A stretch of DNA of 64,000 bases from Planctomycetota bacterium (GTDB lineage: Bacteria > Planctomycetota > B15-G4 > SIAN01), in contig JANNXA010000055.1 of NCBI GenBank assembly GCA_031409275.1, positions 160,001-224,000 on the forward strand, in the 5' to 3' direction. Position 1 is the stretch's first letter. Every line of letters begins with the position of its first letter. Made by a program: the position numbers and the translations under genes. The notes beneath the pieces are model-generated. The model ran no database searches. It worked only from the letters and a program-made list of their open reading frames with translations, and was not told the origin of the DNA. This document shows, in pieces, positions 27,921 to 38,287 of the stretch.

Positions 27921-29453
27921 TCAACCTGGAACGGTGACCGGTGCCACCGGCTTGTCCTGCGCGACCGCAGCGGGCGCGATCGGCAGGCGCAACGTGAAGA
28001 TCGACCCTGCCTGCAGCGCGCTCTCGATCGCGATGGTGCCGCCGCTCGCCTCCACCATCCGCTTCGCCAGGCTCAGCCCGAGACCGGAGCCCGCGTGGGC
28101 CCGTGTCAGCGGATCTTCGAGCTGGCGGAAGCCGAGGAAGATCGTCTCGTGATGCTCGGACGCGATGCCGATCCCGCTGTCGCGCACGCGCACGACGGCC
28201 TCGTCGTCGTGCGCTTCGATCGCGATGTCGACGTTGCCGCCGGCGGGAGTGAACTTGACGGCGTTCTCGGCCACCTCCGCGAGGGCCCGCCGCAGATCGT
28301 CGGCGTTGCCGAACACCTCGAGCGTCGGGTCGAGCGTCGTGACCTCGAATTGCAGCCCCTTCTCGCGCGCCCCGATCCGGCACGGCGCGAGCGCCTCCTC
28401 GACCATCGGCGCGAGCAGGAACGGCTCGCGGACGGCAGCGCTGCCCCGCTCGAGCTCGGCGAGCAGCAGGAGCTTGTCGATCTGCCGCTCGAGCCGCAGC
28501 AGCTGCCCTTCCATCGCCGACAGCACGCGCTGCTGGCGCGGATCGAGCGGCGGTGAGCCGCGCCCGAGCACGCTGGCGAAGCTGTTCAACGCGGTGAGCG
28601 GCGTGCGCAGTTCGTGGGCGACGACGTTCAGGTAGTGGTGCTTCAGTTCCTGCACGCGCTGCTCGGCAGTGGCGTCCGCCAGCACCGCAAAGGAGCCAGC
28701 CGGACTGCCGCCCGCCGTCACGAGGGGCATGGTGCGCACGTCGGCCACTCGGCCACGACGGGACAGCTGGACCCGTTGCCGGCGCGGCGCGCACGGCTCC
28801 TGGCCAGGAGCCGCCAACAACGCGTCGCGCAGCGCCCCGTCGAGCTTCACTTCCGCGAGGACGCGACCGAGACAATCCTCGGCCGCGACTTCGAGCAGCT
28901 CGGCGGCGGCCGGGTTGAGCTGCTGCACGCGGCCATCGCGATCGAGCACGACGATGCCGTCGGCGATCGCCTGGAGGACCGCGTCGGCGCGCGACAGGCT
29001 CGCGCGATGCTGCAGCTTCGCGACCTGCGCCTCCGCGAGATCACGCTCGATCGCCGCATCGCGCTCTGCCCGCGGAGATCGCCGCGCCGCCTCGATGACC
29101 TCGGTCACCGTGGAGCGCAGCAGTTCAAGGTCGGTGAACGGCTTGCGGAGGTACGCGCCGACCCCGTTCGCCACCGCATCCGCATCGGCGACGAGCGCCG
29201 GAAAGGCCGTGATCACGATGATCCCGATGCGGTCGCCGAACTCGGCGCGCAGCTCTCGGATGAACTCGGGCCCCGACATTCCGGGCATGTGCAGATCGGT
29301 CACGACGACGTCGGGGCGGTTGCGGCGAATCGCCGGCAGCGCATGGAGAGGCGACGGGAAGATCTCGACTTCGCGTCCGGGTGAACGCAGCACGCGACGC
29401 AGGAGGGCGAGGATGCCCTCTTCATCGTCGACGATGACCACCCGTTCCAGCAT
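27921..29453 (-). CDS. Cytoplasmic hybrid histidine kinase (REC-PAS-HisKA-HATPase)
   Basis: VDDE/TDLHMP/KPF receiver, NPAAAELL PAS, AHELRTPLT, ENAVKFT, DSGIGI, GSGLGL; no TM. Confidence 0.94.
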   Translation of the reverse strand: MLERVVIVDDEEGILALLRRVLRSPGREVEIFPSPLHALPAIRRNRPDVVVTDLHMPGMSGPEFIRELRAEFGDRIGIIVITAFPALVADADAVANGVGAYLRKPFTDLELLRSTVTEVIEAARRSPRAERDAAIERDLAEAQVAKLQHRASLSRADAVLQAIADGIVVLDRDGRVQQLNPAAAELLEVAAEDCLGRVLAEVKLDGALRDALLAAPGQEPCAPRRQRVQLSRRGRVADVRTMPLVTAGGSPAGSFAVLADATAEQRVQELKHHYLNVVAHELRTPLTALNSFASVLGRGSPPLDPRQQRVLSAMEGQLLRLERQIDKLLLLAELERGSAAVREPFLLAPMVEEALAPCRIGAREKGLQFEVTTLDPTLEVFGNADDLRRALAEVAENAVKFTPAGGNVDIAIEAHDDEAVVRVRDSGIGIASEHHETIFLGFRQLEDPLTRAHAGSGLGLSLAKRMVEASGGTIAIESALQAGSIFTLRLPIAPAAVAQDKPVAPVTVPG

Positions 29454-29532
29454 GCGCGTCGCTTCTCCGCGTCCCTCTTCGGCGCATCGGCACGCGACGG
29501 CTCAGGGAATTGGGTTCCGGTCGACGCGCCGC

Positions 29533-29925
29533 TCAGGCGACGCGGGCGGGGACCTGCTTGCGAACGTCGTCCTCGGTGGCGGCGACGTGGAAGTACTCGT
29601 CGAGGTGCATCATCTGGAAGATCTTCTGCAGGAAGTGGGTGATCCCGACCAGCCAGAGCGTGCCGCCGGCGGCTTGCACCTGGTTGTGCAGCCCGATCAT
29701 CAGCCCCACCCCGCACGAGTCGACGATGCTCACCTTCTCGAGGTCGAGCACGAGCGTGCGGCCCCCCGCATCGAGCTTCTGCTGCACGACCGGGCGAAGC
29801 GACGCCTTCAGCTCGTCGGCGACGTCGTAGTTCAGGTACTTGCACAGGATCTGGATCGTCGCCGCGGGCCCGAGCGGCCAGTCGCGGACGATGTAGCGCG
29901 CGTCGCCCGCTTGATGTTCGGCCAT
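29533..29925 (-). CDS. STAS-domain protein (anti-sigma-factor antagonist-like)
   Basis: LVLDLEKVSIVDSCGVG, IFQMMHLD. Confidence 0.9.
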   Translation of the reverse strand: MAEHQAGDARYIVRDWPLGPAATIQILCKYLNYDVADELKASLRPVVQQKLDAGGRTLVLDLEKVSIVDSCGVGLMIGLHNQVQAAGGTLWLVGITHFLQKIFQMMHLDEYFHVAATEDDVRKQVPARVA

Positions 29926-30009
29926 TGCGATCCTCCCTCGACCACCGCTCCCTTTTCGGCGGGCGCACGGCGAGGGCTAGAGCGAAGTTCGACCGACCGG
30001 ACGCGGTTC

Positions 30010-31776
30010 TCAGCGCGGGAAGATCGAAAGTGATTCCTGACCGCACCGTTCGCCCGCCGCCGCGCGCAGCAGCGACTCCACGTCGGCGGCGCGGTCGAGG
30101 TGCAGCAGGCTCGCCATGAGGGCGCCCGCATCGGCTGCGGTGAAGTGGCGGAAGATCGTGCGCACTTCGGGCAAATGGACCGGCGACATCGAGAAACGCT
30201 TCAAGCCGAGCCCGAGCAAGGCGAGGGCGCTCAGCGCCTCGCCCGCCATCTCGCCGCAAACGGTCACCGGCTTGCCGACGGCCGCGCCGGCGGCGATCAC
30301 CTGCTCGATCAACCGCAGCGCCACCGGGTGAAGGGGCTGATAGAGGCCGGCGACCTGGAGGTTGTTGCGATCGACGGCGAAGAGGTACTGCAGGAGGTCG
30401 TTCGTACCGATCGAGATGAAGTCCGCTTCGCGGGCGAGACGTTCCGCGGCAAGGGCGGCGGCTGGCACCTCGATCATCGCGCCGAGCGGCACCTTGGCAT
30501 CGTGCGCCAGTCCCTGACGATGGAGGTCTTCGGCGAGCTCCGCGACGAGCGCGCGCGCCCGCGTCACCTCCTCCACCGTCGTGACCATCGGCAGCAGGAT
30601 CTTGAGCGGCCCGTGTGCCGCGGCGCGCAACAGCGCGCGCAGCTGCGGGATCAGCAGATCGAGCCACTCGAACGTGAGCCGGATGCCGCGCCAGCCGAGC
30701 GCCGGGTTCTGCTCACGCGGGGTGACGAGGTAGGGCAGCGGCTTGTCGCCGCCGACATCGATCGTGCGGAACGTGACTTCGCGTCCGCCGACGTGCGCGA
30801 GCACGTCCTTGTAGAAGGCGAGCTGCTCCTCTTCGGAAGGGAACGTCGAGCGCCCCATGAAGAGGAACTCGGTCCGATAGAGGCCGACGCCGTCCGCGGA
30901 ATGGAGCACCGCCGGGTCGAGGCTCTCGAAGTTCTCGACGTTGAGCAGCAGCGTCAGGTCGCGGTCGCGGCTCTGCGCGGTGACGGCGCGCTCGACGAGC
31001 CGACGGCGGCTGTCGACGAAATGCTGCCGCGATCGTTCGAGCGCACCGCGCAGCCGCGCTTGCGGCTCGAGCCAGAGTCGACCGCGCCGGCCGTCGATCC
31101 CGAGCGAGCCGCCCGGCGACAGCAACGACTCGAGCTTCTTCACTCCGCTGACCGCTGGAATGCCCGACGCACGCGCGAGGATGGCGACGTGGCTCGCCTC
31201 GCCGCCGACCTCGGTGACGATGCCGAGCAACCGACCGCGATCGAGCGTCAGCGTGTCCGACGGAAGGAGCTCGCGCGCGCACAGGATGACCGGCTGGCTA
31301 CTGACGAGCGCTTCCTGTTGGCGACTCACGAGCACCCGCAGCACGCGATTGCCGACATCGCGCACGTCGGCGGCGCGCTCCGCGTAGAGACGGTCCATGG
31401 TGGCGAAGAGCGCGGCGAGGTGGTCGATCTCGTCTTTCAGCGCCGCTTCGGCGTTCTGCGCCTGTTTGCGGATGCGCTCCTCGATCGACCCGCGCAACAG
31501 CTCATCTTCGTAGAGCGCGAGATGAGCGTCGAAGATGCGCCGCTCGTGTTCGGGAAGGCTGCCGACATGGGCGTCGCGCTGGCGACGGAACTCCTGCGCC
31601 GCCTCGCGAAACGCCTCGCGCAGGCGCGCGACCTCGCCGTCGACCGCGTCCAACTCGAGCGCTCGGCGCGGCACCTCGCCGACGTCGTTCTTGAAGTAGT
31701 AGACCGGGCCGAACGCCACGCCCGGCGAGATGCCGAGCCCCTTCACGGCTCGCCGCTGCTCGCGCGCGGCACTCAC
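30010..31776 (-). CDS. ptsI: Phosphoenolpyruvate-protein phosphotransferase (PTS enzyme I)
   Basis: GISPGVAFG, IFDAHL, ERAADVRD, SHVAILAR (phospho-His), GVGLYRTEFL, NPALGWRGIR, FISIGTNDL, VCGEMAG. GTG overlaps the glyQS stop. Confidence 0.94.
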   Translation of the reverse strand: MSAAREQRRAVKGLGISPGVAFGPVYYFKNDVGEVPRRALELDAVDGEVARLREAFREAAQEFRRQRDAHVGSLPEHERRIFDAHLALYEDELLRGSIEERIRKQAQNAEAALKDEIDHLAALFATMDRLYAERAADVRDVGNRVLRVLVSRQQEALVSSQPVILCARELLPSDTLTLDRGRLLGIVTEVGGEASHVAILARASGIPAVSGVKKLESLLSPGGSLGIDGRRGRLWLEPQARLRGALERSRQHFVDSRRRLVERAVTAQSRDRDLTLLLNVENFESLDPAVLHSADGVGLYRTEFLFMGRSTFPSEEEQLAFYKDVLAHVGGREVTFRTIDVGGDKPLPYLVTPREQNPALGWRGIRLTFEWLDLLIPQLRALLRAAAHGPLKILLPMVTTVEEVTRARALVAELAEDLHRQGLAHDAKVPLGAMIEVPAAALAAERLAREADFISIGTNDLLQYLFAVDRNNLQVAGLYQPLHPVALRLIEQVIAAGAAVGKPVTVCGEMAGEALSALALLGLGLKRFSMSPVHLPEVRTIFRHFTAADAGALMASLLHLDRAADVESLLRAAAGERCGQESLSIFPR

Positions 31777-33116
31777 GAGGCGTCGCGCTTCCACGCGGCC
31801 ATCTGGTCGGCGAGGTAGTGCTCCACCTGGCCTTCGGCGATGCGCTCCTGGCGCATCGAATCGCGATGGCGCACGGTCACCGCCCCATCCTCCTTGCCCT
31901 GTCCATCGATGGTGACGCAGAAGGGGGTGCCGACCTCGTCGTTGCGGCGGTAGCGCCGGCCGATCGCGCCCGACTCGTCGTATGCGGTGGTGAAGCGACG
32001 CCGCAGCGACTTCTCCAGTGCGTGCGCACGCTCGGGCATCCCATCCTTCTTGACCAGCGGCAGCAGCGCGACCTTGGTCGGCGCGAGCCGCGGGTGAAGC
32101 TTGAGCACGACGCGCGTCTCGCCTTCGACGACGTCTTCGTGGTAGGCGTCGACCAGGAACGCCAGCGTGGCGCGATCGCAGCCGGCGGCAGGCTCGATCA
32201 CGTACGGAACGTAGTGCTCCTTGGTCTGCTCGTCGAAGTACTGCAGGTCCTTGCCGCTCACCGCGGCGTGGCGCTTCAGGTCGAAGTCGGTGCGCGAGGC
32301 GACTCCTTCGAGCTCCGACCAGCCGAACGGGAAGAGGTACTCGACGTCGGTGCAGCCGTTGCTGTAGTGGGCGAGTTCGTCGCTGGCGTGGTCGCGCAGG
32401 CGCAACTTGGCCGCGTCCATGCCGAGGTCGATGTACCACTGATGGCGCAGGCGCCGCCACTCGGCGAACCACTTCTCCCACTCCGCCGGCGGCACGAAGA
32501 ACTCCATCTCCATCTGCTCGAACTCGCGGGTCCGGAAGATGAAGTTGCCCGGGGTGATCTCGTTGCGGAACGACTTCCCGATCTGCGCGATGCCAAACGG
32601 CGGCTTCTTGCGCGCCGACTGCTGCACGTTGACGAAGTTGGTGAAGATGCCTTGCGCGGTCTCGGGGCGCAGGTAGGCCACCGACGCCCCCTCTTCCACC
32701 GGACCGAGGAAGGTCTTGAACATCAGGTTGAAGCGGCGCGGCGCGGTCAGCTCGCCGCCGCACTCGCCCGGCTTCTTCGACGGCTTCTCGAGGCAGCGGG
32801 CGTCGTCGAGCTTGTCGGCCCGGAAGCGCCCCTTGCACTTCAGGCAGTCGACCAGCGGGTCGGTGAAGTTCTCGATGTGGCCCGACGCTTCCCAGACGCG
32901 CGGGTGCTGGATGATGGCCGAGTCGAGCCCGACGATGTCGTCGCGCTCGCGCACCATCGACGACCACCAGGCGTCCTTGACGTTGCGCTTCAACTCGACG
33001 CCGAGCGGGCCGTAGTCCCAACTCGAGCCGATGCCGCCGTAGATCTCGCTCGCTTGGAAGACGAAGCCGCGTCGCTTGCTGAGCGACACGAGCTTCGACA
33101 TCAGGTCATCGGCCAT
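31773..33116 (-). CDS. glyQS: Glycine--tRNA ligase, alpha2 type
   Basis: KRRGF, DYGPLGVELK, LRPETAQGIF, FRNEITPGNFIFRTREFEQME, ELAHYS, IGRRYRRNDEVGTP. Confidence 0.97.
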   Translation of the reverse strand: MADDLMSKLVSLSKRRGFVFQASEIYGGIGSSWDYGPLGVELKRNVKDAWWSSMVRERDDIVGLDSAIIQHPRVWEASGHIENFTDPLVDCLKCKGRFRADKLDDARCLEKPSKKPGECGGELTAPRRFNLMFKTFLGPVEEGASVAYLRPETAQGIFTNFVNVQQSARKKPPFGIAQIGKSFRNEITPGNFIFRTREFEQMEMEFFVPPAEWEKWFAEWRRLRHQWYIDLGMDAAKLRLRDHASDELAHYSNGCTDVEYLFPFGWSELEGVASRTDFDLKRHAAVSGKDLQYFDEQTKEHYVPYVIEPAAGCDRATLAFLVDAYHEDVVEGETRVVLKLHPRLAPTKVALLPLVKKDGMPERAHALEKSLRRRFTTAYDESGAIGRRYRRNDEVGTPFCVTIDGQGKEDGAVTVRHRDSMRQERIAEGQVEHYLADQMAAWKRDAS

Positions 33117-33316
33117 GGTGCGTTCCCGGGGGGGCGGCGCCAGCGCGGCGCGGTCGTGCAGGCCGGACGGAGGGCACTCCCCCGGCGGAAAGGCGGAGCA
33201 TTTAAGGTGCGGTCGCGCCGCCGATCAACCGTCGCGCGGCTCTCGCGGCTTCTCCGCGGGTGTCGGCCGACTTATCCTATCCGCCCTTCCCATCACGACT
33301 TCCAACCGACGTCACG

Positions 33317-34474
33317 ATGTCTACCGCGACCTCTTCCACTGCGCTCGCGCCGCTCCAGTCGATCCTCGACCGGGTCGCGGCAGGCGTTCGCCTCGATCGC
33401 GACGACGGCCTCGCGCTGCTCGCTTGCGAGGACCTCTCGCTGCTCGGCGAACTCGCCACCTTGGTGCGCGACCGCAAGCGCCCCGAGCGGGTCGTCAGCT
33501 ACATCGTCGATCGCAACATCAACCCGACCAACATCTGTGTCGCGCGCTGCTCGTTCTGCGCCTTCGACCGGCTGCCGGGCGACCCTGAGGGATACGTCCT
33601 CAGCCACGAGCAGATCTTCGCCAAGGTCGACGAGTTGCTCGCCGTGCCCGGCGTCGACGAGCGCCTGCTCGCCCGCGGCGGCGTGCAGGTGCTGCTCCAG
33701 GGCGGCCACCACCCGAAACTCGGGATCGAGTGGTACGAGGAGTTGTTCCGGGCGCTGCGCGCGCGCTACCCGAAGCTGCACGTGCACGGCCTCTCGCCCT
33801 CCGAGATCGTGCACGTCGCGAAGCTTTCGCACCTCGACGTCGCGACGGTCGTGCGCCGCCTCGCGGCCGCCGGCCTCGACAGCATTCCCGGCGGCGGCGG
33901 CGAGATCCTCGTCGATCGGGTCCGTCGCGCCATCGCGCCGGGCAAGGCGATGACCGACGAGTGGCTCGGCGTGATGCGCGAGGCGCATGCCCAGGGCATG
34001 AAGACGACGGCCACGATGATGTACGGCCACGTCGAAACGCACGCGGAGCGCATCGAGCACCTGTTGCGCCTGCGCGAACTGCAGCATGAATCGCTGGCGC
34101 GGCCCGCCGCGCCGGGTCGGCGCCAAGGGGCATTCACCGCCTTCATCTGCTGGCCGTTCCAGCCCGGCGGCAGCGAGCTCGAACTGCCGCGCAGCGGCGC
34201 CAACGAATTCCTGCGGATGAACGCCGTCGCCCGGCTGATGCTCGACAACTTCCCGCACCAGCAGACCTCGTTCGTCACGCAGGGCGACAAGCTCGGCCAG
34301 CTCGCGCTGTTCTTCGGCTGCGACGATTTCGGCGGCACGATGCTCGAAGAGAACGTCGTCTCGGCCGCCGGGACGCAGTGCCTCATCACCATCCAGCAGA
34401 TCGAGCACTGCATCCGCGCCGCCGGCTTCGAACCGATCCGCCGCAACATGTACTACGAGAGGGTCGACGCATGA
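33317..34474 (+). CDS. mqnC: Cyclic dehypoxanthinyl futalosine synthase (radical SAM)
   Basis: IVDRNINPTNICVARCSFCAF, LLQGGHHP, SIPGGGGEIL, AFICWPFQP, MLEENVV; in an operon with mqnE and mqnA. Confidence 0.92.
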   Translation: MSTATSSTALAPLQSILDRVAAGVRLDRDDGLALLACEDLSLLGELATLVRDRKRPERVVSYIVDRNINPTNICVARCSFCAFDRLPGDPEGYVLSHEQIFAKVDELLAVPGVDERLLARGGVQVLLQGGHHPKLGIEWYEELFRALRARYPKLHVHGLSPSEIVHVAKLSHLDVATVVRRLAAAGLDSIPGGGGEILVDRVRRAIAPGKAMTDEWLGVMREAHAQGMKTTATMMYGHVETHAERIEHLLRLRELQHESLARPAAPGRRQGAFTAFICWPFQPGGSELELPRSGANEFLRMNAVARLMLDNFPHQQTSFVTQGDKLGQLALFFGCDDFGGTMLEENVVSAAGTQCLITIQQIEHCIRAAGFEPIRRNMYYERVDA

Positions 34475-35643
34475 CGCCCGGCGCTCCCTCAGTCGCACCG
34501 GAGCTGGCGTCGACCACGCACGAGCTGCGCCTCGACGGTCGCGCGGCGCTGCTGCCCGGTGGCCACGACGCGCGGCTGCGCGCGATCGAGGAGTGCGTGC
34601 GCGGCGGTGGACGCCTGACGTTCGACGACGGCTTGTTCCTCATGCGGACGCCGGCGCTGCACCGCGTCGGCCGGCTCGCCAATTGGGTGCGCGAGCAGAA
34701 GCACGGCGATCGCGCCTACTTCGTCGTCAACCGCCACCTGAACCCGACCAACTTCTGCGTCTACGACTGCAAGTTCTGCGCGTTCTATCGGCGCGCCAAC
34801 GACCCCAACGGCTACCGCATGGCGCTCGACGACGTGCGCCGCATGGTGCGCGACGAGTTCGAGCGCGAGCTCACCGAGGTCCACATCGTCGGCGGCATCG
34901 ATCCGAAGCTGCCCTACTCGTACTTCATCGATCTGCTGCGCGTCATCAAGGAGGAGCGGCCCGACCTCCACCTGAAGGCGTGGACCATGATCGAGATCGA
35001 GTGGTTCGCGCGGATCTCGAAGAAGAGCATCGAAGAGGTCATCGACGACCTGCTGGCGGTGGGGCTTGGCTCCTGCCCCGGTGGCGGCGTCGAGGTGCTC
35101 TCCGATCGCGTCCACGCCGAGATCTTTCCCGACAAGCTCTCGCCCACGCAATGGCTCGACACCGCGCGCCGGGTCCAGGAGCACGGCGTCCGCATGAACG
35201 CGACAATGCTCTATGGGCACATCGAGACCGACGAAGAGCTCGTCTCCCACATGGTGCAGGTGCGCGAGCTGCAGGACGCGACGCACGGCTTCATGACCTT
35301 CATCCCGCTGGCGTTCCACCCGGCGCACACCGAGCTTGCCCACCTGCCGGGCCCGACCGGCCTGCTCGACCTGCGCACGATCGCCGTGTCGCGCCTGATG
35401 CTCGACAACGTCGAGCACATCAAGACCTACTGGATCATGCAGGGCATCGGCGTGGCGCAGGTCGCGCTGCGTTACGGCGCCGACGACATCGATGGCACCG
35501 TCGTCGAGGAGAAGATCACCCACGACGCCGGCGCCACCACCCCATTCGGAGTGACCCGCACCGAGTTGATCCGCTTGATCCGCGAAGCCGGTCGCACGCC
35601 CTTCCAACGCGACACGACCTACTCCCGCGCGGCACCCGTGTGA
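34471..35643 (+). CDS. mqnE: Aminofutalosine synthase (radical SAM)
   Basis: NRHLNPTNFCVYDCKFCAF, VHIVGG, NATMLYGHIE, FIPLAFHP, HIKTYWIM, DGTVVEEKITHDAGA. Confidence 0.93.
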   Translation: MTPGAPSVAPELASTTHELRLDGRAALLPGGHDARLRAIEECVRGGGRLTFDDGLFLMRTPALHRVGRLANWVREQKHGDRAYFVVNRHLNPTNFCVYDCKFCAFYRRANDPNGYRMALDDVRRMVRDEFERELTEVHIVGGIDPKLPYSYFIDLLRVIKEERPDLHLKAWTMIEIEWFARISKKSIEEVIDDLLAVGLGSCPGGGVEVLSDRVHAEIFPDKLSPTQWLDTARRVQEHGVRMNATMLYGHIETDEELVSHMVQVRELQDATHGFMTFIPLAFHPAHTELAHLPGPTGLLDLRTIAVSRLMLDNVEHIKTYWIMQGIGVAQVALRYGADDIDGTVVEEKITHDAGATTPFGVTRTELIRLIREAGRTPFQRDTTYSRAAPV

Positions 35644-36455
35644 GCCTGAAGATGCAGAAGATCCGCATCGGAGTCGTGGATTTCGTCAACGCTCGGCCGC
35701 TGGTGCACGGGCTCGATCGCGAACGCGGCGTCGAGCTGGTGCGCGGCCGCCCGGCCCAGCTCCAGCAAGCGCTGCGCAAGGGCGATCTCGACGTCGCCTT
35801 GATCTCCTCGATCGAGGCGTTCCGCGCGCCCGAACTGAAGATCCTGCCCGAGATCGCGATCTGCTCGGAAGGTCCGGTGAAGAGCGTGAAGCTCTTCCTG
35901 AAGAAGCCGCTCGATCAAGTGGAGAAGGTCGCGCTCGACGCGGGCAGCCGCACCGGCGCGGCGCTCGTGAAGATGGTCTTCGCCGAGTTCCTGCTGAAGC
36001 CCGGCGTCGTGTCGGTCGAAGTCGAGCCCACCCTCGATCCGTCGAAGGTCGACGCCGACGCCGTGCTGCTGATCGGCGACGCGGCGCTGAAGGCGAAACC
36101 CTGCGCGCTCGAACCGCTCGACCTCGGCTGGTTCTGGACCGACCGCACCGGCATGCCCTTCGTCTACGCGGTGTGGGCCTGCAAGAAGCCCAAGGCGTTC
36201 GATGCCGCGCTGCCGCTGCTGATGCGCGCACGCGACCGCGGCCTGCTCGAGCGATCGAAGATCGCCGCCGTCGCCGCCGAAGAACTGCAGCTCCCGGTCG
36301 CCGGCCTCACGCAGTACCTGACGCGCAACCTGCGCTACCACCTCGGCGAGCGCGAGATCAAGGGACTCGAGCGCTTCCGCGACATCGGCGTGACGCACGG
36401 ACTGTGCAACCTGCACGACGTCCCCTTCGCCACGGTGCGCCTCCAGGCCACCTGA
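35640..36455 (+). CDS. mqnA: Chorismate dehydratase
   Basis: IGVVDFVNARPL, GPVKSV, SRT, LLIGDAAL, DLG..W...TGMPFVYAVW. Confidence 0.93.
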   Translation: MSLKMQKIRIGVVDFVNARPLVHGLDRERGVELVRGRPAQLQQALRKGDLDVALISSIEAFRAPELKILPEIAICSEGPVKSVKLFLKKPLDQVEKVALDAGSRTGAALVKMVFAEFLLKPGVVSVEVEPTLDPSKVDADAVLLIGDAALKAKPCALEPLDLGWFWTDRTGMPFVYAVWACKKPKAFDAALPLLMRARDRGLLERSKIAAVAAEELQLPVAGLTQYLTRNLRYHLGEREIKGLERFRDIGVTHGLCNLHDVPFATVRLQAT

Positions 36456-36576
36456 ACGCGGCACGCGGAACAGCGCGCCGCTATCATCCTGCGCCACATC
36501 GCGCGCGCGGCCTCTTGGCGGGGGTCGGGCGCGCCGCGCCGAAACGGGCGCCACGCGACAGCAGGGAGGGGATTCG

Positions 36577-38277
36577 ATGACCGACAAGGTCGCCGAGCAG
36601 CACGGCCTTTTTCAATCGAACGACGCGACGCCCGCCGGCAAGCGCAAGTCGGCGCGCACCGAGGCGCCCGCTCCGGCTGCGGCGCCGCTCGAGCGCAGTG
36701 ATGGTGGCGGGGCCGGCGGCGACACCGTCGCGCACCGCCTCGCGACCAAGCAGCGCGAGATCTCCGTCTCGGAGTTCTTCACCAAGAACCGCCACCTGCT
36801 CGGCTTCGACAACCCGCGGAAGGCGCTCCTCACGGCCATCAAGGAGGCGGTCGACAACTCGCTCGACGCCTGCGAGGAAGCGGGGATCCTGCCCGACGTG
36901 AAGATCGAGATCCTGCCGACCGCGCGCGAGGATCGCTTCCGCGTCGTGGTCGAGGACAACGGCCCGGGCATCGTGAAGCAGCAGCTCCCCCACGTCTTCG
37001 CGCGGCTCCTCTACGGCTCGAAGTTCCACGTGCTGAAGCAGCAGCGCGGACAGCAGGGCATCGGCATCAGCGCCGCCGCGATGTACGGCCAGCTCACGAC
37101 GGGCAAGCCGCTGTCGGTCATCTCGCGCATCGGCAAGTCGCACCCGGCGAACTACGTCGAGCTCAAGATCGACACCGCGCGCAACAAGCCGGAAGTGCTG
37201 CGCGAGATGGAGACGGACTGGGACAAGGAGCACGGCACGCGCATCGAGCTCGAGCTCGAAGCGAAGGTGCAGAAGGGCAAGCAGTCGGTCGACGAGTACC
37301 TGCTGCAGACGGCCATCGCGAACCCCCACGTGCGCCTCGAATACAAGGACTGGGAAGGGGTCGTCGTCGTGCACGAGCGCGCGACGCAGACGCTGCCGCC
37401 GCAGCCCAAGCAGATCCAGCCGCATCCCTACGGCGTCGAGGTCGGGATGCTCGGCGGAATGATGAAAACGACCGAGACGAAGAAGCTCGCCGCCTTCCTG
37501 AAGAGCGACTTCTCGCGCGTCAGCGCGCGCGTCGCCGAGGAGATCTGCGAGAAGGCGAGGGTCTCGCCCGATGCGCGACTCACCGGACTCGAGCCCGAGC
37601 AGATCGAGCGGGTCCATCAGGCGATGAGCGAGGTGAAGATCCTCGCGCCCGCCACCGACTGCATCGTGCCGATCGGCGATGCCGGGCTGATCGCCGGCAT
37701 GAAGAAGGTGATCAAGGCCGACCTCTACCTCGCCGAGACGCGCACGCCGAAGATCTACCGCGGCAACCCGTTCGTCGTCGAGGTGGGCGTCGCCTATGGC
37801 GGCGAGCTGCCGGCCGAGGAACCGGTGCGCGTGGTGCGCTTCGCCAATCGCGTCCCGCTGCTCTACCAACAGGGTGCGTGCGTCTCGACCAAGGCGATCA
37901 TCTCGACCGACTGGCGCGGCTACATGCTGCAGCAGCCCAAGGAGTCGCTGCCGGTCGCGCCGATGGTGATCGTCGTCCACCTCGCGTCGGCCTGGGTGCC
38001 GTTCACTTCGGAAGCGAAGGAGGCGGTCGCGCACTACCCCGAGATCCTGAAGGAGATGCGCCTCTCCTTGATGGAGATGGGCCGCAAGATCGCGACCCAC
38101 ATCCGCAAGACGCGCCACGCCGCCGACGAGGCGAAGAAGCGCGACTACATCGACATGTTCCTCCCGACCGTCGTCGACGCCCTGAACGAGATCCTCACGC
38201 TCGATCAGCCGACCCTCGACAAGACCTCCGGCAACCTGCGCGACATCCTCGAAGCGTCGCGCAAGAAGATGACGTAG
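36577..38277 (+). CDS. top6B: DNA topoisomerase VI subunit B
   Basis: ISVSEFFTKNRHLLGF, KEAVDNSLDACEE, EDNGPGI, LYGSKF, RGQQGIGISAA, PHPYGVE, RFANRVPLLYQ, VPFTSEAKEA. Confidence 0.96.
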   Translation: MTDKVAEQHGLFQSNDATPAGKRKSARTEAPAPAAAPLERSDGGGAGGDTVAHRLATKQREISVSEFFTKNRHLLGFDNPRKALLTAIKEAVDNSLDACEEAGILPDVKIEILPTAREDRFRVVVEDNGPGIVKQQLPHVFARLLYGSKFHVLKQQRGQQGIGISAAAMYGQLTTGKPLSVISRIGKSHPANYVELKIDTARNKPEVLREMETDWDKEHGTRIELELEAKVQKGKQSVDEYLLQTAIANPHVRLEYKDWEGVVVVHERATQTLPPQPKQIQPHPYGVEVGMLGGMMKTTETKKLAAFLKSDFSRVSARVAEEICEKARVSPDARLTGLEPEQIERVHQAMSEVKILAPATDCIVPIGDAGLIAGMKKVIKADLYLAETRTPKIYRGNPFVVEVGVAYGGELPAEEPVRVVRFANRVPLLYQQGACVSTKAIISTDWRGYMLQQPKESLPVAPMVIVVHLASAWVPFTSEAKEAVAHYPEILKEMRLSLMEMGRKIATHIRKTRHAADEAKKRDYIDMFLPTVVDALNEILTLDQPTLDKTSGNLRDILEASRKKMT

Positions 38278-38287
38278 GAGCCGCCCG

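Noticed and set aside
30010..33021. Apparent 1003-aa PtsI with long N-terminal extension
   Set aside because: The extension is an alternative frame of glyQS; the real start is the coupled GTG at 31776.
33317..35643. cofH/F420 biosynthesis or a novel radical-SAM pair
   Set aside because: Motifs and coupling to mqnA fit the known futalosine menaquinone pathway.
34593..36455. Apparent 620-aa MqnA
   Set aside because: The upstream part overlaps mqnE in another frame; MqnA starts near 35640.
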